A stretch of 64,000 nucleotides of DNA from a virus. Lineage: Duplodnaviria > Heunggongvirae > Uroviricota > Caudoviricetes. Positions 37,118 through 44,597 of the stretch are shown piece by piece. The DNA is taken from IMG/VR virus record IMGVR_UViG_3300014204_006419; one strand, given 5' to 3'. A model generated the notes under the pieces. It saw nothing but the letters and a program-made list of their open reading frames with translations. It was not told the DNA's origin and searched no databases. Numbering within the stretch: the first letter of the stretch is position 1; each line of letters starts with the position of its first letter. A program made the position numbers and the translations under genes.

Positions 37118-37200
37118 CTAATTCAACCCCACGAAGGACATCCTTCGTAATGTATTTCTATTTGAACACACTGTTATATAAAGCTATCGTTTAGTCGATA
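37118..37200 (-). promoter_or_regulatory. conserved promoter/5'-leader module, copy D (TATA 37175-37182, hairpin 37131-37148)
   Basis: Stem ACGAAGGA/TCCTTCGT (8 bp) with a 2-nt CA loop. GGGGTTGAATTAG-ATG. Confidence 0.55.
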
Positions 37201-37330
37201 CCTTTCGATTGTTACTAGGATATTGAATCGCTACTATTTAAACATTTCTATTTCTGAATATGTTTAGACCATTGCCGCTGATACCTTTATTAACTTCAAG
37301 GTTTATAAGAAAGGTCGGAGTTGGTAAGAA

Positions 37331-37630
37331 ATGGATGCAATTGGCGTTGTCATATCAAAGGAGAAGAAAGAGAAAACGTCTATGCTCGAAGAAAGCGAAG
37401 GCATAGAGAAAAAGACGATGTGGGTTATAATGGCTAAGGATTTGACCACGGGAATCAGAATTTCTATTATCAGTGATGAAGAGCTTGAGTATATGGTTGG
37501 AGACCATATCGAAATCAAGAAAGTTGCTGCTCAGACCAAGATTACTGTCGACCCAGGAATGGAAGTCGGTGAAGTAAAGCATATAGAAATCGAGAAGCCG
37601 AAGAAGAAGGCTTCTGAGGAAAAGAGGTGA
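37331..37630 (+). CDS. hypothetical protein
   Basis: 99 aa, plus strand, charged. Confidence 0.35.
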   Translation: MDAIGVVISKEKKEKTSMLEESEGIEKKTMWVIMAKDLTTGIRISIISDEELEYMVGDHIEIKKVAAQTKITVDPGMEVGEVKHIEIEKPKKKASEEKR

Positions 37631-37634
37631 GGAA

Positions 37635-37847
37635 ATGGTTAAATTCAAGATGTTGACGTGTGTACGTTGTGTTGATGCGCCTGGAACTCCAAGAGCTGGA
37701 CTTCCGCATCAGTGGCTACCGCGCAAGCCGCAGTTGCCTGCTACGTGCCCACAGTGCAATTCTCCGTACTGGAATCGCCCTCGCGTAAACAAGAAGAGAG
37801 CGGTTGTTGAGAAGCCAGTTGAAGCTACCGCAGAACAAAAAGTCTAG
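37635..37847 (+). CDS. small zinc-ribbon protein
   Basis: 70 aa. CVRC...CPQC. SD AAGAGGTGAGGAAATG. Followed by an oligo-T terminator. Confidence 0.4.
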   Translation: MVKFKMLTCVRCVDAPGTPRAGLPHQWLPRKPQLPATCPQCNSPYWNRPRVNKKRAVVEKPVEATAEQKV

Positions 37848-37850
37848 TTA

Positions 37851-37877
37851 TCTTTAATTTTTTATTCTTCTTATTTT
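37851..37877 (+). terminator. oligo-T (archaeal-type) terminator
   Basis: TCTTTAATTTTTTATTCTTCTTATTTT immediately after the stop codon. Confidence 0.4.
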
Positions 37878-38070
37878 GGTGTCTCTCATTGCCAGCGGTA
37901 GCGATGAAATCAATAAGACCGTAGGCTCAAGCATTCCAAATATGTACGTACATGTTGCGATTTCTTCTTGTGAATTGTAGTATATAAATGTTTCGATTTG
38001 TTTGTCTTACGTACCGTTAAGAAGCTCGTTCCTAATAAAGAGCCACAGAATACAAACATCTGGTGATTAT

Positions 38071-38217
38071 ATGGAAAATGAGGAAGAGGCGATTGTTAGA
38101 TTTGAAAAAGAATTTCCTACAGTAGCAAAATATGTTTTAAAAGAATGCAAGAACGAACCCACTATACCTAGAAATGAAGCTGCTTTTTGCACCAGTCATG
38201 AACGCACCAAGCATTAA
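38071..38217 (+). CDS. small hypothetical protein (MENEEEAIVRFEKEFP...)
   Basis: Internal Met of track ORF 38002..38217, preceded by GGTGATTAT-ATG SD context and a TATA-like box near 37977. Confidence 0.25.
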   Translation: MENEEEAIVRFEKEFPTVAKYVLKECKNEPTIPRNEAAFCTSHERTKH

Positions 38218-38389
38218 CAACAGTGGTAAACATGGAATAAGAAGAAAGATGCCAGCAGCCCTCGGTGAACTGCTGGCTTGTTGATGGGGCGGAGGGTGGT
38301 CAAACTTACTCTGCCTTTGGGGATATATTCTACCTCATTATGAAATTCGGTGCCAGCTGCGTCAAAGCACTCGTTGCTGTAAAGTTCTT

Positions 38390-38656
38390 CTAGTTCTTGA
38401 TATATTTAAAGCTTTCGATTCTTTCTTTCTCTTTTATCGCATTCTTCAGTAGCTCTGGCGTGTAGTAATATTTTTCTAGTTCTTCGTTTGTGAAGTAGTC
38501 GTGAGCTTTATCATGACATTTCAAACAAGTCCAAATCTGTTTGTTTCGCTCTTCTTCTGGAAGATTTGGATTGCGTTCCCCATTGATACGCGGGTGGAGA
38601 TGATGGCTATTGATAAGGGAATAGTGAAAGTCCTTGCCGCATAACTGACAAGTCAT
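38390..38656 (-). CDS. HNH endonuclease
   Basis: 88 aa. CQLCGK..HHLHPRINGE..N..CLKCHDKAH fits the HNH C-x2-C...H-x-H...N...C-x2-C-H..H signature. Confidence 0.55.
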   Translation of the reverse strand: MTCQLCGKDFHYSLINSHHLHPRINGERNPNLPEEERNKQIWTCLKCHDKAHDYFTNEELEKYYYTPELLKNAIKEKERIESFKYIKN

Positions 38657-38709
38657 TTCTTTAACTAGTACCTTAGTAGCCGTATCTCAAACCACCCTTT
38701 GATTATTTT

Positions 38710-39897
38710 TTACGGTTGTTGATATTTTCCCTTTGACAAATCATCAACGAACTTGTTGATATGCTCTAATTCGTCGGCAACAATGTCTTTTGCCTTCTTT
38801 TCGTCATCTCCCTTGACTAGTTTGATGAACGTCCTCGGCTCGTCAATAGGTCTTCCAATCTTCGAAACGAGCCACACATAGGCTTCTTCCGCATTTGTTT
38901 CTTTGACTATACGATTAGCCATCTTGAAGGTCAAATGGTTGTAGATGTTCCCTATGTGGCTCACAGGGTTCTTTCCTGCAGCAGCCTCGCTTGTGCAAGG
39001 TCGGCATAGTGAAATTACTCCATTTACCCTGTTTCCTCGCCCTACTTGACCACAATCTCCATCTTCTGCGCTAGTGCCTAGAAGCGTGAGGTAAGTTCCG
39101 TGAACTCCGCGTCCCTTCTGGTCGAGTGTATTGAAAGAGATTTTGAAGTGCCCGTTGTAGTTGGTTTCTACGCAGTCATTCATTGCTTCGAGAAGTTCAG
39201 CTTTCTTCTCGAAATATTGATTTTCATTCTCGATTTCTCTCTCGTTTAGTCCCATTGCCACGGTGATGTCCAGGTCTCTCTTGTTTCTGATGCACATCAC
39301 TTTAACGTCTTCACCGCTTTCTGGATGAGCTGCCTTGAAGTCTTTTGAGTTGAGCCATTGTTCTAGGTTCAATGCTACGAGTTCAGTTTCGCTGTATGGG
39401 GCGTAACCAACTGATGCGGAGGTATCATTTGCTCCGATTTTCTTGCGATTGAAAATATCTGTGAGTTCAACTGACCCTGGCTGCAGTTTGCTGTAAAATT
39501 CCATGTGCTCATCTGGTTTTATGAATCTGGAATTCTTTAGAAACCACTTCTTTGCAGTGTTTTTTGCTATCTCGTGAATAGGAATCTCTTTGTTTCCGAC
39601 TTTCGCTGTTGCACGGTCTCCGAAGTACATCTCCATCTTCTTTGTCATTTTTCCTCCGCCAAATGCGTGGTCTACCCCACCTGCAACTAGGAGGCATTTA
39701 TCAACGTTATAGTGCTGGATTTTACCTACTTCTTTGATGTATTCCTTACATAAACTCAACGAGATTGAGTTCATTACCTGGTCTGAAATTGTATCGGGAT
39801 GAAGTTTTCCTTTTCGTTCTACAATTTCGAATGGCTGCTCCCCGATTAATTGTCCTGTTGATACCATATTAACACCCCGCGTTCCCGCAGATTTCAT
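38710..39897 (-). CDS. metK: S-adenosylmethionine synthetase, archaeal type
   Basis: 395 aa. N-terminal EIVERKGKLHPDTISD (archaeal MAT ERKG-GHPD-x-CD block, Gly replaced by Leu). C-terminal GDCGQVGRGNR block. Confidence 0.75.
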   Translation of the reverse strand: MKSAGTRGVNMVSTGQLIGEQPFEIVERKGKLHPDTISDQVMNSISLSLCKEYIKEVGKIQHYNVDKCLLVAGGVDHAFGGGKMTKKMEMYFGDRATAKVGNKEIPIHEIAKNTAKKWFLKNSRFIKPDEHMEFYSKLQPGSVELTDIFNRKKIGANDTSASVGYAPYSETELVALNLEQWLNSKDFKAAHPESGEDVKVMCIRNKRDLDITVAMGLNEREIENENQYFEKKAELLEAMNDCVETNYNGHFKISFNTLDQKGRGVHGTYLTLLGTSAEDGDCGQVGRGNRVNGVISLCRPCTSEAAAGKNPVSHIGNIYNHLTFKMANRIVKETNAEEAYVWLVSKIGRPIDEPRTFIKLVKGDDEKKAKDIVADELEHINKFVDDLSKGKYQQP

Positions 39898-40441
39898 TCA
39901 TGCACTCACATGCTTCTTGTCTCCATCCAGATTCAACCACGCAGGATTCTACTGGAGAAAAGTAGTATCCTAAGTTGTATTTATCACGAATTACACAGGT
40001 ACATTCATGAGAGTAAATCTTAGCCACCCAGGGCAGGTTAACCATGTTGTCGGGCATTTCACATCGTAATCCTGCTGCTTGCCATGAAGAAATTACAGTC
40101 GGAGTTGGCGTAGGTGATGGTGTCGGTGTAGGTGTTGGAGACGGTGTTGGAGTTGGTGTCTCTGTTGGAGTAACTACAGGTGGAGGAGTTTCGATAGGTG
40201 TTGATATGATAGTAACTGTTGGCTCTGGAGTTGGAGTTTGAATGGGGATTTGGATAATGATAGGAGTATTCTGAGTTACGGCTGTTGAACCGTTTTGATT
40301 TACGATAACTAACTCATTTGGAGTTGGCGTTGTCACATTTTGTAGTTCTGCGGCGTTTCTCATTCCGCTTACCATTATCGCTCCACCAACTAGGAAAACT
40401 ACGGCAATCATACCCCAGAAATATAAGTCTTGTTCATTCAT
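39869..40441 (-). CDS. secreted/surface protein with Thr/Pro-rich linker and Cys-rich C-terminal domain
   Basis: 190 aa. N-terminal TM/signal. PTPEPT...PTPTPSPTPTPTPSPTPTPT linker. Confidence 0.45.
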   Translation of the reverse strand: MNEQDLYFWGMIAVVFLVGGAIMVSGMRNAAELQNVTTPTPNELVIVNQNGSTAVTQNTPIIIQIPIQTPTPEPTVTIISTPIETPPPVVTPTETPTPTPSPTPTPTPSPTPTPTVISSWQAAGLRCEMPDNMVNLPWVAKIYSHECTCVIRDKYNLGYYFSPVESCVVESGWRQEACECMNEICGNAGC

Positions 40442-41349
40442 ATGTCTTCGTCCACTCGTCTTACGAATCTCTTGTGTTTTGTAATTTTCATTTCGTTCAT
40501 CCAGCGCGAGATTGTGGAATCTGGGAGACCAAGCGCAGTTGCCACTTCGTTCTGCGGAATATCTGGCTTCATCTCGTAAATCTTCTTGATAGCATTCTTG
40601 ATTCCGTTTGAATATAATTTCATCCTTGGAGTTCCTTCGTCATCTTCGTTTTCTGCGTCTAATGCACCGTACTTGTACTTTGCGTCTAGTTCTAAGTATT
40701 CTTTTTCTACATCAGGCGGCATTGGGTCGAAGTAAGTTTCTCCAGCGTAGATTGGTAAGTTTCTGAATATTTTTACTTGCTCGTCTGTATTAGCCATATC
40801 CGCTGCGTTCTTGAATCTTGCCATCTTTTTCCAGGCTTTATTGCATTCTTTGATGTGCCAGCGGTCTTCTGCGAAAATGTTTGGGTCTTTCAAGAACCAT
40901 AGTGCGTAACCTCTAATGGGTACGTGGAACCAGAAATCTACTAAGTTTTGCCTGAAACTGTTTCTCAATTCATTGAAAATAGGAAGGCACATCACTGTGT
41001 GTTTGTTCTCTTTTCTGCTCATTGTGAATAGCTTAATTAGGTCATTTTGGAGCTTAGCTGCCCAGTCCATCTTGTAGAACGCTTTGATTGTTTCGTCGAT
41101 TACTGTAACTGAGCATTTTGGAAGTTTCAATAGTTTTTCTTTGATATTTGTGTAAGTTGGGTCGTAAATAAAATTGTTGTGTACGTCGAATGATTCGCCA
41201 GAATATTTCCCTAAGTCGTATGCAAAAGTAGTTTTTCCTTCTCCTTTGTTTCCTGAAACTACGGACAACGCATCTTTGTTTTTTTCTAAGCGTTCCTTGC
41301 GGATATACTCTGAAATCTTCTTGAGGGATACTTCTTCTGCGTCGCCCAT
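40438..41349 (-). CDS. P-loop NTPase with C-terminal helix-turn-helix
   Basis: 303 aa. Walker A GNKGEGKTT. Walker B-like VTVIDE. C-terminal ...VATALGLPDSTISRWM HTH. Confidence 0.5.
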   Translation of the reverse strand: MGDAEEVSLKKISEYIRKERLEKNKDALSVVSGNKGEGKTTFAYDLGKYSGESFDVHNNFIYDPTYTNIKEKLLKLPKCSVTVIDETIKAFYKMDWAAKLQNDLIKLFTMSRKENKHTVMCLPIFNELRNSFRQNLVDFWFHVPIRGYALWFLKDPNIFAEDRWHIKECNKAWKKMARFKNAADMANTDEQVKIFRNLPIYAGETYFDPMPPDVEKEYLELDAKYKYGALDAENEDDEGTPRMKLYSNGIKNAIKKIYEMKPDIPQNEVATALGLPDSTISRWMNEMKITKHKRFVRRVDEDI

Positions 41350-41350
41350 G

Positions 41351-41797
41351 TTAGCCCTCGCTGTTGCTTCTCAAGCGTTCAAGAACAGACTTGTGCTCTC
41401 TTGCAGAAACACCAAAACCGACTATCTGTGCCATTTTATTTAAGTCATCGCGGAAGCTGCTTAGTTCGTATATGAATTCTCTAGGGATAGAAATTTGTCT
41501 CCCATACCTCATATCTTTTTGTATTGCGATGTCTTCACGGACTGCTCTTGCACGAAATGAAATAAATCTAGTATCAAAATCACTCATCCGTTTTCCTTCA
41601 ATTAGTGGTTTGATTTCAGAATAAAAAGCGTACATTTGCTCTACAAACTGCTCAAAAAATGTAGGATATTTGTAGTATGTTTCTAGAACAAAAGACATTG
41701 GAAATGATTCATTTATGATTGCACGTGCCTTATCTGCGCGGTTGAATGCCATCCCGAATGGGTTATATTCACTGGTTTGTCCTGGTGCATCAGCCAC
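41351..41797 (-). CDS. hypothetical protein
   Basis: 148-aa ORF. Confidence 0.35.
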   Translation of the reverse strand: MADAPGQTSEYNPFGMAFNRADKARAIINESFPMSFVLETYYKYPTFFEQFVEQMYAFYSEIKPLIEGKRMSDFDTRFISFRARAVREDIAIQKDMRYGRQISIPREFIYELSSFRDDLNKMAQIVGFGVSAREHKSVLERLRSNSEG

Positions 41798-41806
41798 GTT
41801 GCCACC

Positions 41807-42292
41807 TTAATCAGCTTCTTCCTTTTCTCCTTTGAACTCTTTCACTTCTTTTTTTATTTGCTCAACGTCTTTTCTAAGATTCATGATTCTGATTTCCGCA
41901 GAAGCAAGGTCGTTTGTGAGGTTATTTAGGAGCACGTCCTGTCTTTCAGTTAGAACTTTTTGTTGTTTCTCTTTCAATCTAGCTACTGCTTCATATGGTA
42001 TCATTGGAGATATGTTTTCTGTTTTTTCTAACACTATAGGTACATGAGCAGATAATTTTTTTAGCATATTGGTTGGAATATTTGTTGCTACCACGGACAT
42101 CCCAGAACCTTTTTGCCCATAGATTATTTTTTCAGATTTCTTTTTTGCATTCTTCAAAATATTTGTAAGACGTATTTTGTTGCACTTCGGAGAACGTCCT
42201 GTCTTCTTAGCATACAGACCCCTCAATTCCGCTATTGTTGAGCAGGTCTTTGCTAACTTTGCGAGTACTTCTGATTCGGTCATAAAAAACAC
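41807..42292 (-). CDS. hypothetical K-rich coiled-coil protein
   Basis: 161-aa ORF. Confidence 0.35.
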   Translation of the reverse strand: MFFMTESEVLAKLAKTCSTIAELRGLYAKKTGRSPKCNKIRLTNILKNAKKKSEKIIYGQKGSGMSVVATNIPTNMLKKLSAHVPIVLEKTENISPMIPYEAVARLKEKQQKVLTERQDVLLNNLTNDLASAEIRIMNLRKDVEQIKKEVKEFKGEKEEAD

Positions 42293-43006
42293 CTAAGCCA
42301 CTTTTATGCATTGGTTTGCGTAAGTTTGGAACGATTGCGCCAGACTTGCAAATCCATTTGCTACTGTTGTCATCTTGTCCATTGTAATCCATACGAGTAC
42401 AATAATTCCTACTACTGTTAAGGCAAGAGCAAAATATGGGAGATACATTTGCTGCCAACTTTGCTTTTGAAATCTGTCACGATTTGCGTATGCAGCATTG
42501 ACAAATGCCATTTTTGTTGCTTCATCCATTGCTGGTTCGAGTCCCAAAGTTTTTTCGGTCTTGTATTTTGTCTGACCTGTTTCTGGGTCTTTGTATTCTA
42601 CTTGAACTTCTTTTTCAATAAAGTTTACTGCGCGATAAGTATCTCTCGAATCTGCGATTACGACCAGAATTCCGCTGCGTGTCGAAGAAGGAATGATATG
42701 TTTAAACTCAATGGCAGGCATTGGTTTTCTTCCACTCTTGAATTCGAACCACCATTCCCCTTTTGAGTCTTGGTAGGGTTTTGCAGAATCCGCCATGGGG
42801 TTTCCAAATCCTTTTCCAAAAACAGGGAGTACCATTACCTGGAGAGGGTATTGCTTGAAAACTGACATCTTATTTTTACGCATGTACCAAACAGCGACTA
42901 CACCGATTACTATTACTAGTAACCCAATCCACATTATTGAATTGTAGAAAATTCCTGTTAGGTTAGCTACGTCTAATGCGCCACCTAAATCTGTTGGTAC
43001 TGCCAT
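42293..43006 (-). CDS. membrane protein (2 TM)
   Basis: 237 aa. Confidence 0.4.
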   Translation of the reverse strand: MAVPTDLGGALDVANLTGIFYNSIMWIGLLVIVIGVVAVWYMRKNKMSVFKQYPLQVMVLPVFGKGFGNPMADSAKPYQDSKGEWWFEFKSGRKPMPAIEFKHIIPSSTRSGILVVIADSRDTYRAVNFIEKEVQVEYKDPETGQTKYKTEKTLGLEPAMDEATKMAFVNAAYANRDRFQKQSWQQMYLPYFALALTVVGIIVLVWITMDKMTTVANGFASLAQSFQTYANQCIKVA

Positions 43007-43022
43007 TAAGAAAACCTCCTGA

Positions 43023-43595
43023 TTAGTCTCCGCCCAAGAACGGAATTCCTTTTACTGCATTACCTGCATTGTTTATTGCACTGGTGATTTGTCTGCTGAC
43101 CTGTTCGGTTCTTGTCAAGAACACACGCTCACCCTGTCCGAGTGCACGCCTTATTGAGAATTCGTTGTAGTTGTTAAAAAGATTCATTATGCTATCTAGC
43201 TTGTCTGGCTTCATTCCAAACTCATCTTTGTTTAAAACAAGTGCGCGAAGAACGGAGTCTGCATTGTTCAAGCATAGTTTCATTACTCTTTCTTCTGATG
43301 GGATGTTTGACATCACCACATTCTTTCCGCTGATTTGCGCAACCTGAAGGACTACGAACTGTACGCCCTTATCATTGAGCATTGATTCGCCAGTCTGCTT
43401 CCACACACCATTCATTAGAGATTCTCCCTTCAAGTAGTGCGTTAAGAACTCTAGCATCTCTTGATTGTCTTGGTACCAGTGCTGGTCTCGCTGTTGCATT
43501 CCCCCCATTGGCATCTGCATGTATTGTCCTTCGTCCAAACCAGCACCTCTGCGTGAGTTCTGGTTAAGGTAATATATAAACCTATCAGCGAACAA
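43023..43595 (-). CDS. hypothetical protein
   Basis: 190 aa. First gene of the minus-strand block. Confidence 0.4.
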   Translation of the reverse strand: MFADRFIYYLNQNSRRGAGLDEGQYMQMPMGGMQQRDQHWYQDNQEMLEFLTHYLKGESLMNGVWKQTGESMLNDKGVQFVVLQVAQISGKNVVMSNIPSEERVMKLCLNNADSVLRALVLNKDEFGMKPDKLDSIMNLFNNYNEFSIRRALGQGERVFLTRTEQVSRQITSAINNAGNAVKGIPFLGGD

Positions 43596-43689
43596 TTCGT
43601 TGAAGTGTTTAACTCCATCTTGTTTCCTTCGGAGTGCCGCGAAAATTCAGACCCTCTCTTTCTATCTATTATTTTCAAGTTTCTTTTTC

Positions 43690-44250
43690 TACATATGTGA
43701 TTATAAGTATATAATTATAGATTCGCGCGGGGGTTTCTGCCCATCTCTTCCCCGTAAGCAACAATTGATTGGAATTGTTGCACTACCAAAAATGAAGATA
43801 AGGGACTTTTTTATCTGGAAAATTAAATGCACCCCCACCCTACGCACATATGGAAGCCCGTGACATGTGAGCCAGGATACTTCGGCTCGAATCTTGTTTA
43901 GAACCGCGTGGTCATGTAATCAGACTACATGACCAAACTTCTCGCGGAGCATTGCGCTGTCATGCGCTGTCAAGGATTACTGGAAGTGGGGAGTCTGTGG
44001 GTTGCGATTAAACAATTCCCCGAAACGTTTAAATACAACCGCTTCGGAATTGTTTCGCAGGAAACTGCAGAAGCAAATTGGAGTCAAAGGGGTAGCTATC
44101 ATTTGATAGCCTGGAATCGTACTGCGAAAGCAGGACGGTTCAGCCCTTCAATGGGCACAGGCAACCTTTGAACAAGCGATTAACGCTGGAACGAGGCGTT
44201 GCAACATGCCTACCAATTTGTTTCAAAATGTACCTGTAGCGCAATGGTAG
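43690..44250 (+). ncRNA. candidate structured non-coding RNA / tRNA-array leader (class unknown)
   Basis: No ORF of 60 aa or more on either strand. Locally elevated GC. Many perfect hairpins with tetraloops, including GCAACAATT-GATTGG-AATTGTTGC, TGGTCATGTA-ATCAGAC-TACATGACCA, CTGC-GAAA-GCAG, CCGC-TTCG-G and GCTATCA-TTT-GATAGC. Confidence 0.3.
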
Positions 44251-44254
44251 ATAA

Positions 44255-44337
44255 GCGAGGATTCCAGAGCGGTCAAACGGGGCGGGCTTAAGACCCGCTG
44301 TCTCAGGACTTCGCAAGTTCAAATCTTGCTCCTCGCA
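44255..44337 (+). tRNA. tRNA-Leu (anticodon UAA), type II with long variable arm
   Basis: Acceptor GCGAGGA/TCCTCGC 7/7. Anticodon loop CTTAAGA. T-arm GCAAG-TTCAAAT-CTTGC. Confidence 0.75.
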
Positions 44338-44343
44338 TAAATC

Positions 44344-44414
44344 GCGCTTGTAGTCTATTGGTAGGATGCTAGCCCTCCAAGCTGGAGAGATGGGTTCGAT
44401 TCCCATCAGGCGCA
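44344..44414 (+). tRNA. tRNA-Gly (anticodon UCC) candidate
   Basis: Acceptor GCGCTTG/CAGGCGC. Anticodon stem CTAGC/GCTGG with loop CCTCCAA (unusual C33). T-arm ATGGG-TTCGATT-CCCAT. Confidence 0.55.
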
Positions 44415-44418
44415 TAGT

Positions 44419-44503
44419 GCCTCAGTAGTTCAGCAGGAAGAACGCTTGACTGTTACACTCTGCAGAAATCAAGAAGTCACTGGTTCGAGTCCAGTCTGAG
44501 GCG
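44419..44503 (+). tRNA. tRNA-Asn (anticodon GUU) with 12-nt intron in the anticodon loop
   Basis: Acceptor GCCTCAG/CTGAGGC. D-stem GTTC/GAAC. Anticodon stem CTTGA/TCAAG enclosing 19 nt (7-nt loop CTGTTAx + 12-nt insert). T-arm ACTGG-TTCGAGT-CCAGT. Confidence 0.7.
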
Positions 44504-44508
44504 TAAAT

Positions 44509-44590
44509 GCGAGGGTGCTGGAGCGGTCTAACAGGACGGGCTTAGAACCCGTTGCTCTAGGGCTTCGCAGGTTCGAATCCTGCCTCTCGC
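44509..44590 (+). tRNA. tRNA-Leu (anticodon UAG), type II
   Basis: Acceptor GCGAGGG/CTCTCGC (one GU pair). Anticodon loop CTTAGAA. Long variable arm. T-arm GCAGG-TTCGAAT-CCTGC. Confidence 0.7.
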
Positions 44591-44597
44591 ATTGTAT

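Noticed and set aside
1636-37200. Interpretation of the GGG(G/A)TGATTTAA element as a novel motif in its own right
   Set aside because: The same GGTGAT-spacer-ATG context precedes many unrelated genes, for example 8735, 9064, 12486, 13583 and 37620. It is simply the organism's Shine-Dalgarno/spacer consensus. Only the TATA-box-hairpin portion upstream of it is specific to the seven-copy module.
44344-44414. Alternative reading of the second tRNA as tRNA-Trp (CCA) using loop CTCCAAG
   Set aside because: That register leaves the anticodon stem unpaired (TAGCC versus CTGGA). Only the CCTCCAA register gives a 5-bp stem, hence the Gly-UCC call despite the unusual C33.
44140-44415. 91-aa minus-strand ORF and the 131-aa ORF 44691..45086 overlapping the tRNA array
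   Set aside because: They are antisense to, or overlapping, well-formed tRNA genes. The translations have no features and are spurious.
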